The notes below the pieces were generated by a model that was not told where the DNA came from, searched no databases, and saw only the letters and a program-made list of their open reading frames with translations. Of a stretch of DNA of 64,000 nt, positions 47,477 through 56,477 are shown piece by piece. Source of the stretch: a virus; the IMG/VR virus record IMGVR_UViG_3300047557_004430; one strand, 5' to 3'. Every line of letters starts with the position of its first letter. Position 1 is the stretch's first letter. The position numbers and the translations under genes were made by a program.

Positions 47477-47478
47477 TT

Positions 47479-47505
47479 GAAGGGGGTTTACCCCCTTCTT
47501 TTTTT
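47479..47505 (+). terminator. Rho-independent terminator
   Basis: GAAGGGGG-ttta-CCCCCTTC followed by a T-run. Confidence 0.85.
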
Positions 47506-47509
47506 ATTC

Positions 47510-47517
47510 TATATTTG
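47510..47517 (+). promoter_or_regulatory. Bacteroidota-type -7 box TATATTTG
   Basis: 4 nt before ATG 47522. Confidence 0.5.
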
Positions 47518-47521
47518 TTTT

Positions 47522-49141
47522 ATGAGCAACGAAATTTTCAAAATAAGTTTTGCCAAACATCATTCTGAGAAGTTCAGAGATGCCACATCTTTGGATGACC
47601 CTGATACCCAGTTATACTTAACTGACTACTCACCAAAACATCCATATTTTACTCGTGAAAAAGTATTCACGGATGAGCAAACATTTGTAGATAATTTTGG
47701 TAATCCGATGTATTCTGTTCAGAGAGAGCACCTTATGGTTGTAATTGAAGAGAAGGAAGAAAAAATTTCACTTAAAATTTTTTGGGGAGGTAAGGATAGA
47801 AGAGTTGGAAAGACTTGGTTCAGAAGAACTAAAAACGTTGAGTTTTTGACTGTGAACAGAAAGACAGGGGATTTTTATTTTGGTTACCTCCACAACTATC
47901 AAAAAAAGAGAAAGTTTACCAAATCGATTAGAAGAAATTATTTCTTAGGAAAACCTGTTTCTTCCACATTTGCCAAGTTAAAAAATATTCTCAATTTATA
48001 TCATCCTAATCCCTCTGAAATTTTATTTGAGGTTTCATCCAAATTTTTGAATAACATCTGTCCTGAACATATTGGTATGGACAGTGACCAAAGGTTGATG
48101 AAGTTTTATTTGGATAAAAAGGGTTTTAAATATCCAAATAACTTTTGGGTCTTCTCTGAATTTATGTGGGGTAAAGACTACAGAAAAGTACTCAAAAAGA
48201 ACCAACATAGGATTGTTGATACATTTATGCAACTTTGGGGAATCAAAGGAAAGAAGGTAAAAAAATATCTTCACGAAATCGATTCAATTAATATCGCCAC
48301 TTATAAATTTGCTAATGAACTTTTCGGTGACGACTGGATAAATCAAGACGGAGATTTTATCAAAACTGTCTTGAGTTATACACCACAAACTTTCAAAGTT
48401 CCTGAAAATTTCAAAAGCGGTATGTCCATGGAGGAACTCAGAAGAGTCTATTCTTCATTCAAAGAAACAATCAGCGGTGATTATCTCAATGCATGGACAT
48501 TCCAAGACCATATCAACACATACTCAAAGCTCAAGGATTACGGTGAGACAGAGCTAAAATGGTTAACAGATGGTACCGATTTCAAAAAGTTCCAAGAGGA
48601 ACACTATTTGTGGTCTGAAAAACTAGACCACTATCGAAAGGGAAGTTACACAAGAACATACCCTCAATATTTTTATGACTCTATTGAAAAAGAGATTGAT
48701 GGGTATTTTCCTGTTATTCTGAAAAGTAGCGAAGAATATAACAAAGAAAGTTACATTCAACAAAACTGTGTTAAGGGTTATATTGGAAGGGTAAGTTCAA
48801 TGATTATATCATTAAGGAAAGGTGACCCTGAATCTGAAACTAGGGCTACTATCGAATATAGAATAGTTTATCTCGAAAATCTCGACAAAATACATGTCGA
48901 TAGAGTCCAAACACTTGGTAAATACAATCAACGTTTGGATGAAACTTGGAATGAAGTTCTATTTAAATTAGACGAAATTGTGTTATCTTGCCATCAAGAA
49001 AAAAACTTCGAACCAGTGAAAATATCGAAGTTGTGTGCAAATGGTACACTATTAGAGTCTGAGTCACATTTCGATGAAAGTGGAAATTTGACTTGGACAA
49101 ATAAAAAACATAAAGTAGAATCATATTACGACGAATGGTAA
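47522..49141 (+). CDS. PcfJ-like domain protein
   Basis: C-terminal LKSSEEYNKESYIQQNCVKGY..IISLRK..RATIEY..QTLGKYN. Confidence 0.65.
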   Translation: MSNEIFKISFAKHHSEKFRDATSLDDPDTQLYLTDYSPKHPYFTREKVFTDEQTFVDNFGNPMYSVQREHLMVVIEEKEEKISLKIFWGGKDRRVGKTWFRRTKNVEFLTVNRKTGDFYFGYLHNYQKKRKFTKSIRRNYFLGKPVSSTFAKLKNILNLYHPNPSEILFEVSSKFLNNICPEHIGMDSDQRLMKFYLDKKGFKYPNNFWVFSEFMWGKDYRKVLKKNQHRIVDTFMQLWGIKGKKVKKYLHEIDSINIATYKFANELFGDDWINQDGDFIKTVLSYTPQTFKVPENFKSGMSMEELRRVYSSFKETISGDYLNAWTFQDHINTYSKLKDYGETELKWLTDGTDFKKFQEEHYLWSEKLDHYRKGSYTRTYPQYFYDSIEKEIDGYFPVILKSSEEYNKESYIQQNCVKGYIGRVSSMIISLRKGDPESETRATIEYRIVYLENLDKIHVDRVQTLGKYNQRLDETWNEVLFKLDEIVLSCHQEKNFEPVKISKLCANGTLLESESHFDESGNLTWTNKKHKVESYYDEW

Positions 49142-49500
49142 ACAAACCTGATTATATAATTGATTTAGAAAGTAAGGACGGTGTTTTCTCTATAATGAGA
49201 TTCCACATGTTCGATGTTTTTGCTCTCAAGTATTTGGATGAAAAAAAATACGAAAGAGTTTATGAAGAAGGTTCGGTTAAAACAAGTGGTAAGGCTAAAT
49301 GGAATGAAGTAATCTATAAGACTGCACAACCATTCTACTTACATTTCTCAAACGATACTGAAGATGACGAACAGTATTGGTTGAATATTTATTATAAACC
49401 AGATAGAAGGTCGGAATTAATATTTTTCACAACGCAAGTTTTAAAACCAATTAAAGATGGAACAAATAACAACACAACAACTGAAGGACAAAATCAATAA
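49135..49500 (+). CDS. Hypothetical protein
   Basis: 121-aa ORF. Confidence 0.6.
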   Translation: MVNKPDYIIDLESKDGVFSIMRFHMFDVFALKYLDEKKYERVYEEGSVKTSGKAKWNEVIYKTAQPFYLHFSNDTEDDEQYWLNIYYKPDRRSELIFFTTQVLKPIKDGTNNNTTTEGQNQ

Positions 49501-49777
49501 CGGAGAAAATTTTGTTTTGGATTTATATGCAACATGGTGTGGACCATGTAAAATAATGTTAGGTAACTTATCAAAGGTCAATGAATCTTTGATTAAAGAA
49601 TCAACTCAACCAAAATACAACATATATAAGTACGATATTGATTCTGATAGAGATTTTGTTGTGAATGAGCTAAACGTTAGAAGTGTACCAACCATAAAAA
49701 TTTTCAAATCGGGACAAGAGGTTTTTTCAAAACCAGGTGTTATGTCTCCTAATGAAGTTCTAAATTTATTGAATTAA
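49457..49777 (+). CDS. trxA: Thioredoxin
   Basis: YATWCGPCK, VRSVPT. Confidence 0.9.
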   Translation: MEQITTQQLKDKINNGENFVLDLYATWCGPCKIMLGNLSKVNESLIKESTQPKYNIYKYDIDSDRDFVVNELNVRSVPTIKIFKSGQEVFSKPGVMSPNEVLNLLN

Positions 49778-49778
49778 T

Positions 49779-50081
49779 ATGAAGGACCTTAATGTGATTG
49801 TTTATACTATGAAGGGATGTCCCCACTGCATTGAATTCAAAAAAATGTTAAAAGAGGCGAAGATTAAGTTCTTCGATAGAGACATCGACAAGTTTCAAAA
49901 AGAATATGACCTCTTCTCGGAGATAACAAAAAACGATATGGTTCCTGCTATGTTAATTATAGAGGGGGATGCTGATGACTACAAATCATACACATATGTT
50001 CCTGAAAAAAATTACAACGAGTTGAATGAAGCTGTGGATATTATTAGAGGTCACCAAGTTAAATTGGGAATAATTAAATAA
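49779..50081 (+). CDS. Glutaredoxin-like protein (CPHC)
   Basis: VIVYTMKGCPHC, MVP. Confidence 0.8.
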   Translation: MKDLNVIVYTMKGCPHCIEFKKMLKEAKIKFFDRDIDKFQKEYDLFSEITKNDMVPAMLIIEGDADDYKSYTYVPEKNYNELNEAVDIIRGHQVKLGIIK

Positions 50082-50796
50082 TAATAAAATCCTTGACGGG
50101 TTCTTTTAACACGTCATGTTCTTCGAGTGGATTTGTGAGTTCAATACTCCAATCCACTTTTTTCATTTTATCTGATAACCTATTGAAATCGAAATCAAAC
50201 ATATCCAAAATCGCAGATTGAAGTCTATCGTCTTCATGTTTGAAAAATTCATCAAATACGACAAATTTTTGGTCACCATTTTCATCTTTGTCTTTTGAAA
50301 TTGTGAAGGTTAATGATGTGTGTGGGTAATTTGAAGGTATACTATAAAAAATATGTTTGCTGTAATAATATAAATCTCTCCCTTGGCTCAAAGAATGTCC
50401 AAAGGGAAATTCAGATACAAACAACAGTTCATTCTTTTCAATTATATTTTCAAAATTCTCAACATCCTTGTAGTGGTATGAGCAGTTGGGGGTGTTATTG
50501 TGTAAAGTATGAGTAAGTTCGGTTACTTCTTTCAAGTCCGAATCATATTCAATCAAGTCTATTGTGTGAGTCAATTTTCTTTCGTCAACATATTCTTTGT
50601 ACTTTTCATTGAATTCTGAAATTATGTTTGGAATGAATAAAACTTCCTTCGAGGTTGTTTTTCCTTTGATTACATAAAAGTTTTCACAATCAACGATTCT
50701 GATAATTGAATTTTCTTCACTTGGTATTTTACCCATAATAAAGTCGGAAAGTAGATTTACAAGAAATTTTTTACCGCCTATTTTTTTAAGGTTCAT
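50074..50796 (-). CDS. Hypothetical protein with weak similarity to the N- and C-terminal parts of SAM synthetase (MetK)
   Basis: Manual alignment only; catalytic motifs absent. Confidence 0.4.
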   Translation of the reverse strand: MNLKKIGGKKFLVNLLSDFIMGKIPSEENSIIRIVDCENFYVIKGKTTSKEVLFIPNIISEFNEKYKEYVDERKLTHTIDLIEYDSDLKEVTELTHTLHNNTPNCSYHYKDVENFENIIEKNELLFVSEFPFGHSLSQGRDLYYYSKHIFYSIPSNYPHTSLTFTISKDKDENGDQKFVVFDEFFKHEDDRLQSAILDMFDFDFNRLSDKMKKVDWSIELTNPLEEHDVLKEPVKDFIII

Positions 50797-50868
50797 CTGA
50801 TGTAATTATTAATTGAACAATCATAGAAATTATAAAAATAAAAATGAATACAAATCAGTAGTTAATTG

Positions 50869-50876
50869 TATTTATA
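50869..50876 (+). promoter_or_regulatory. Putative late promoter TATTTATA
   Basis: Upstream of ATG 50896 (collagen operon). Confidence 0.6.
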
Positions 50877-50895
50877 GTAACAGAAAAAATCATTC

Positions 50896-53829
50896 ATGGG
50901 TGATATATTAATAGTTCCAAGTAATACGTTAGCTCCTCAACCTGACCGAATACCTTATATTAACTGGGTCAACAATAGTACCAGTAATTGGAAAGTCGTA
51001 TCTGGCTCGACAATTAACATCAGTGCTCCTGCTCAAACAAATACACTTTCGGTACAGATTTCTAACCTTATTATTTCAGTTGTTGCCTTGAATGTAAGAA
51101 ACAACTTCACCATCAATGGTATTCAAGTTATTGACGGGACAGCAAATTGGATTGGACCTGATACAGGTATTGCTGGGGCTCAAGGGGCTACAGGTGCTCA
51201 AGGAGCCCAAGGTGCTCAAGGAGCCCAAGGTGCTCAGGGTTCAGTTGGTGCTCAGGGTGCTACTTCAGGAGCACAGGGAGCCACAGGTGCTCAAGGGGCA
51301 ACAGGAAGTACAGGGGCTCAAGGTAATACAGGAGCACAAGGAAATACAGGACCACAAGGAGCCACAGGTAATACAGGGGCACAAGGAGCCACAGGTAATA
51401 CGGGGGCTCAAGGTAATGTGGGGGCTCAAGGTAACACAGGAGCTCAAGGTGCTGTGGGTTTGACTGGGGCTCAGGGTTCAACAGGAGCACAGGGACATAC
51501 AGGAGCTCAAGGAGCCACAGGTACTACAGGTGCTCAAGGACCTACGGGAGCTCAAGGTAATGTGGGACCAACAGGTGCGGTAGGACCAACAGGAGCCCAA
51601 GGTTCGACAGGTGCACAAGGTGCGGTAGGTCCAACAGGAGCGGTAGGTAATACAGGTGCTCAAGGTCCGACAGGTGCACAAGGTAACGTAGGACCAACAG
51701 GTGCAGTAGGACCTACAGGAGCTCAAGGTTCGACAGGTGCACAGGGAAATACAGGAGCTCAAGGAGCCACAGGTAATACAGGTGCTCAAGGTCCAACAGG
51801 TGCACAAGGTAACGTGGGACCGACAGGGGCGGTAGGACCAACAGGAGCCCAAGGTTCCACAGGAGCACAAGGACATACAGGAGCACAGGGCGCCACAGGA
51901 AACACAGGAGCCCAAGGACCGACAGGTGCACAAGGTAACGTTGGTCCAACAGGTGCGGTAGGACCGACAGGGGCTCAAGGTTCTACAGGTGCTCAGGGAC
52001 ACACAGGAGCTCAAGGAGCCACAGGTAATACAGGAGCTCAAGGACCAACAGGTGCTCAAGGCAATGTTGGACCAACAGGTGCTGTAGGACCAACAGGAGC
52101 ACAAGGTTCTACAGGTGCTCAAGGTTTTGTAGGACCAACAGGTGCAGTAGGACCAACAGGAGCACAAGGTTCCACAGGTGCTCAGGGTGCCGTAGGACCA
52201 ACAGGTGCCGTAGGACCAACAGGCGCTCAAGGTTCCACAGGGGCTCAAGGTAATACAGGAGCACAAGGTGCTGGTGGTGGTGCAGGAGCGACAGGTTCAC
52301 AAGGAGCCACAGGTAATACAGGAGCACAAGGTGCTGCAGGTGGAGGTGGAGCGACAGGTTCACAAGGAGCCACAGGTAACACAGGAGCACAGGGTGCTGG
52401 TGGCGGTGCAGGTTCAACAGGTGCTCAAGGAGCCACAGGTAATACAGGTGCTCAAGGTGCTGCGGGAGGTGGTGGAGCGACAGGTTCACAAGGAGCTACG
52501 GGACACTCAGGGGCACAAGGTGCTGGTGGTGGTGCAGGTTCAACTGGTGCTCAAGGAGCCACAGGACACTCAGGAGCGCAGGGTGCTACGGGAGGTGCGG
52601 GAGCAACAGGTTCACAAGGTGCAACAGGACATCCAGGTGCACAAGGTGCGACAGGTTCACAAGGTGCAACAGGAGCTCAAGGAGCCACAGGACATTCAGG
52701 AGCACAAGGGGCTGTAGGGCCAGGTGGAGCCCAAGGTTCTCAAGGAGCTACAGGACATTCAGGAGCACAAGGTGCGGGTGGAGCAACAGGTTCACAAGGA
52801 GCTCAGGGTGCCACAGGTCACTTTGGAGCTCAAGGGGCTTTAGGTCCAGGTGGAGCACAGGGTTCTCAGGGTGCCACAGGTCACTTTGGGGCTCAAGGGG
52901 CTGGTGGAGCTACAGGTTCCCAAGGTGCTCAAGGAGCTACAGGACATTTTGGTGCTCAAGGGGCTGTAGGGCCAGGTGGAGCTCAAGGTTCTCAAGGAGC
53001 CACAGGACATCCAGGAGCACAAGGTGCGGGTGGGGGCACAGGTTCTCAAGGTGCACAAGGTGCCTTTGGTGGTTATGGACCACAAGGTGCACAAGGAAGC
53101 CAAGGTTCTCAAGGTGCAGTAGGTGGTAATGGGCCTCAAGGTGCTCAAGGAGCACAAGGTGCTGGAGGTTACCAAGGTAATTCAGGTGCTGGTGGTAACA
53201 CTGGTGCACAAGGTGCTCAAGGACCTACAGGTCCAACGGGACCTGCTTCATGTTCGTGTTACGCACACCTAATCAATTATAACTGTAGTTCATATTATTA
53301 CGCTTGCCAAACAGGTTTGTGTGGCTCAGCTTCCGTTTATGCTTGTGACGCATTATGGGATGGATGTTACGGTATTCAACTATACCAAGACAGTGGATGT
53401 TCTTCTAATTTTGGTGGGGGTGGAATTAGCGCAAGACAGGGTTCAGCATGTGCTGGAAGCATTAGTGGAGGATATTACACATACGGTTATTTATGTTCTG
53501 ATAGAAGACTCAAGAAAAATATAGTCACTTTAGAAAATTCATTGAAAAATATACTTCAAATTGATACTGTAGAGTTCGATTGGAATGAAAAACTAACAGA
53601 CGGAAAGTATAGAGATTTCAAAGGATTGAAAAAAATCCATTCAGTTGGTCTAATTGCACAAAATGTTAAAAAATTCTATCCAACGGTTGTTAAAACAAAT
53701 CATGAAGGATACTATTATGTTGAATACATAAAACTCAACGCGGTTTTAGTTGAAGGTATAAAAGAACAACAAGTATTTATTGATGATATAGAAAATCAGA
53801 TAAAAGAATTAGAAAGTAAATTTATATAA
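50896..53829 (+). CDS. Collagen-like fibre 1 with Cys-rich tip and peptidase S74 chaperone
   Basis: G-X-Y repeats 51166-53247; [24 protein letters not shown]. Confidence 0.9.
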   Translation: MGDILIVPSNTLAPQPDRIPYINWVNNSTSNWKVVSGSTINISAPAQTNTLSVQISNLIISVVALNVRNNFTINGIQVIDGTANWIGPDTGIAGAQGATGAQGAQGAQGAQGAQGSVGAQGATSGAQGATGAQGATGSTGAQGNTGAQGNTGPQGATGNTGAQGATGNTGAQGNVGAQGNTGAQGAVGLTGAQGSTGAQGHTGAQGATGTTGAQGPTGAQGNVGPTGAVGPTGAQGSTGAQGAVGPTGAVGNTGAQGPTGAQGNVGPTGAVGPTGAQGSTGAQGNTGAQGATGNTGAQGPTGAQGNVGPTGAVGPTGAQGSTGAQGHTGAQGATGNTGAQGPTGAQGNVGPTGAVGPTGAQGSTGAQGHTGAQGATGNTGAQGPTGAQGNVGPTGAVGPTGAQGSTGAQGFVGPTGAVGPTGAQGSTGAQGAVGPTGAVGPTGAQGSTGAQGNTGAQGAGGGAGATGSQGATGNTGAQGAAGGGGATGSQGATGNTGAQGAGGGAGSTGAQGATGNTGAQGAAGGGGATGSQGATGHSGAQGAGGGAGSTGAQGATGHSGAQGATGGAGATGSQGATGHPGAQGATGSQGATGAQGATGHSGAQGAVGPGGAQGSQGATGHSGAQGAGGATGSQGAQGATGHFGAQGALGPGGAQGSQGATGHFGAQGAGGATGSQGAQGATGHFGAQGAVGPGGAQGSQGATGHPGAQGAGGGTGSQGAQGAFGGYGPQGAQGSQGSQGAVGGNGPQGAQGAQGAGGYQGNSGAGGNTGAQGAQGPTGPTGPASCSCYAHLINYNCSSYYYACQTGLCGSASVYACDALWDGCYGIQLYQDSGCSSNFGGGGISARQGSACAGSISGGYYTYGYLCSDRRLKKNIVTLENSLKNILQIDTVEFDWNEKLTDGKYRDFKGLKKIHSVGLIAQNVKKFYPTVVKTNHEGYYYVEYIKLNAVLVEGIKEQQVFIDDIENQIKELESKFI

Positions 53830-56477
53830 TGCCGACTAACGTAATCATATATCCTAACGGTCTTGCTGGTGGTAACACAAACCCTCACGCAGTTTTTGAG
53901 GATTCTGGTGGTTCAAGAATTCAGTTGAACGTAGGGACCGACGGAATAATTGTTGTATCATCAACGACAAATTCCAATATAGTTACTTTAGGTTCAACAA
54001 TAACTGCAAGTGGAAGTTCTGTAACAGGGACAGGAAAAGCTGTATATGTTGGTGGTGTTAAAATGATTGAATCTGATGGTACATGGGCAGGTCCTAAAGC
54101 AGGAATATCAGGTGCTACAGGTTCTCAAGGTGCTTCAGGGGCAACAGGTTCACAAGGAGCAACAGGGGCACAAGGACCTCAGGGTGCTCAAGGTGGTCAA
54201 GGAGCTCAAGGAGCACAGGGTTCACAAGGAGCCAAAGGCGGTCAAGGGGCACAAGGTGGTCAAGGTGCTCAAGGGGCACAAGGTGGTCAAGGTGCTCAGG
54301 GAGCCCAAGGTGCAAATACAGGAGCTCAAGGTGGACAAGGAGCCCAAGGTGGACAAGGAGCCCAAGGAGCTCAAGGTGCAAACACAGGTGCCCAAGGTGC
54401 TACAGGTAACACAGGAGCTCAAGGAGCTCAGGGTGCTCAAGGTGCAAGTACGGGAGCTCAAGGAGGTCAAGGAGCTCAAGGAGGTCAAGGAGCTCAGGGT
54501 GCTCAAGGAGGACCAACAGGGGCTCAGGGTGCAACAGGAAGTACAGGAGCCCAAGGTGCTCAGGGAGCACAAGGTGGAACGACAGGTGCTCAAGGTGGTC
54601 AAGGTGCTCAAGGTGGTCAAGGGGCTCAAGGTGCTCAGGGAGGTCCAACAGGGGCTCAAGGAGCTACAGGTAATACAGGTGCTCAGGGTGCTCAAGGAGC
54701 TCAGGGGGCAAGTACAGGGGCACAAGGTGGTCAAGGAGCTCAGGGTGGTCAGGGTGCTCAAGGTGCTCAGGGAGGTCCAACAGGTGCACAAGGAGCTACA
54801 GGTAATACAGGAGCCCAAGGTGCTCAAGGAGCCCAGGGAGCTAGTATAGGAGCCCAAGGAGGTCAAGGTGCTCAAGGAGGTCAGGGTGCTCAAGGTGCTC
54901 AAGGAGGTCCAACAGGGGCTCAAGGAGCTACAGGTAACACAGGAGCCCAAGGTGCTCAAGGAGCACAGGGGGCAAGTATAGGAGCCCAAGGAGGTCAAGG
55001 TGCTCAAGGAGGTCAGGGTGCACAGGGAGCACAAGGGGGAACAACAGGTGCTCAGGGAGCCACAGGAAATACAGGTGCACAAGGTGCTCAGGGAGCACAG
55101 GGTGGAACAACGGGTGCTCAAGGAGCTACAGGTAACACTGGGGCTCAGGGAGGTCAAGGTGCACAAGGTGGAACGACGGGTGCTCAAGGCGCTACAGGTA
55201 ACACAGGAGCCCAAGGAGCTCAGGGAGCTCAGGGAGCAAGTACGGGTGCTCAGGGAGCAACAGGTGCTCAAGGTAATACAGGTGCTCAGGGAGCCCAAGG
55301 TGCAAGTACTGGTGCTCAAGGTGCTACAGGAGCTCAAGGTAACACAGGTGCCCAAGGAGCTCAGGGTGCAAGTACAGGAGCTCAAGGGGCAACAGGAGCT
55401 CAGGGAGCTCAAGGTGCTCAGGGAGCCCAAGGTGCCAGTACTGGTGCTCAAGGTGCTACGGGAGCCCAAGGTAACACGGGTGCACAAGGAGCACAGGGTG
55501 CAAGTACAGGAGCCCAAGGAGCTACGGGTGCTCAGGGAGCTCAAGGTTCTCAAGGAGCCCAAGGAGCGAATACGGGGGCTCAAGGTAATACAGGTGCCCA
55601 AGGTAATACAGGTGCGCAAGGAGCCCAAGGAGCGAATACGGGGGCTCAAGGTAATACAGGTGCTCAAGGTGCTCAAGGTTCTCAAGGTGCCCAAGGGGCA
55701 AGCCAAGGTGCTCAAGGTGCTGGTGGTAACACAGGTGCTCAGGGTTCACAAGGTGCTCAGGGAGGTAACACAGGTGCACAAGGAGCTACAGGTGCTCAAG
55801 GTGCTCAGGGTTCTCAAGGTGCCCAAGGGGCAAGCCAAGGTGCTCAAGGTGCTGGTGGTAACACAGGTGCTCAGGGTTCACAAGGTGCTCAGGGAGGCAA
55901 CACAGGTGCACAAGGAGCTACAGGTTCTCAAGGTGCTCAAGGAGCACAAGGTACTTACACAGGTGTCCAAGGTTCTCAAGGAGGTGGAGGCTCTCAAGGA
56001 GCACAAGGAAGTCCATCAGGTGTACAAGGTGCTCAAGGTGCGACAGGGTCACAAGGACCTCAAGGTGGTCAAGGTTCTCAAGGTGGACAAGGTGCTCAAG
56101 GTGCTCAGGGTTCTACTGGTCCAACAGGTCCCCCTTCAGACCAAAGATTGAAAGACAATATCAAACCTTTAAGTGACGTAATCAATAAAATTAAGTCGAT
56201 TGAAGGTGTTAAGTTTGAGTGGTTAGACCATCCAAAAATTAAAAAAGACCCGAATATTGCACTGCCTTACGCTTTCGAGGGAGGTTCAGTTGGTTTCATT
56301 GCTCAAGACTTAGAAAAAATTGTTCCTGAAGTGGTATGGACAGATGAGGAAGGTTTCAAATCAGTAGATTATGATTCAATGGTTGCCTTTGGTATTGGTG
56401 CGATAAAAGAACAACAAGTAAGAATTGAAAAAATTCTTCAAAGAATAAATTCATTGAAAGAAAAATTAAATGGCTGA
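53829..56477 (+). CDS. Collagen-like fibre 2 (periodically interrupted) with peptidase S74 chaperone
   Basis: Repeats 54102-56135; [24 protein letters not shown]. Confidence 0.9.
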   Translation: MPTNVIIYPNGLAGGNTNPHAVFEDSGGSRIQLNVGTDGIIVVSSTTNSNIVTLGSTITASGSSVTGTGKAVYVGGVKMIESDGTWAGPKAGISGATGSQGASGATGSQGATGAQGPQGAQGGQGAQGAQGSQGAKGGQGAQGGQGAQGAQGGQGAQGAQGANTGAQGGQGAQGGQGAQGAQGANTGAQGATGNTGAQGAQGAQGASTGAQGGQGAQGGQGAQGAQGGPTGAQGATGSTGAQGAQGAQGGTTGAQGGQGAQGGQGAQGAQGGPTGAQGATGNTGAQGAQGAQGASTGAQGGQGAQGGQGAQGAQGGPTGAQGATGNTGAQGAQGAQGASIGAQGGQGAQGGQGAQGAQGGPTGAQGATGNTGAQGAQGAQGASIGAQGGQGAQGGQGAQGAQGGTTGAQGATGNTGAQGAQGAQGGTTGAQGATGNTGAQGGQGAQGGTTGAQGATGNTGAQGAQGAQGASTGAQGATGAQGNTGAQGAQGASTGAQGATGAQGNTGAQGAQGASTGAQGATGAQGAQGAQGAQGASTGAQGATGAQGNTGAQGAQGASTGAQGATGAQGAQGSQGAQGANTGAQGNTGAQGNTGAQGAQGANTGAQGNTGAQGAQGSQGAQGASQGAQGAGGNTGAQGSQGAQGGNTGAQGATGAQGAQGSQGAQGASQGAQGAGGNTGAQGSQGAQGGNTGAQGATGSQGAQGAQGTYTGVQGSQGGGGSQGAQGSPSGVQGAQGATGSQGPQGGQGSQGGQGAQGAQGSTGPTGPPSDQRLKDNIKPLSDVINKIKSIEGVKFEWLDHPKIKKDPNIALPYAFEGGSVGFIAQDLEKIVPEVVWTDEEGFKSVDYDSMVAFGIGAIKEQQVRIEKILQRINSLKEKLNG
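54309..55904 (+). repeat. 66-bp/22-aa periodic array: G-X-X-X tetrad plus six G-X-Y triplets
   Basis: Tetrad 1 at 54309 (GANT) and tetrad 25 at 55893 (GGNT), exactly 24 x 66 bp apart. Confidence 0.9.

Noticed and set aside
33569-49777. Cellular or eukaryotic-virus origin (sigma70, DnaJ, thioredoxin, collagen, LRR)
   Set aside because: S74 fibres, T4-like gp46/47 and primase context, a phage-like late motif and bacterial sigma/promoters fit a bacteriophage. Capsid and terminase genes are outside the window, so this remains inference.
54309-55904. 66-bp periodic array resembling CRISPR spacing
   Set aside because: In-frame coding repeat with synonymous variation, no invariant repeat/unique spacer alternation and no cas operon.
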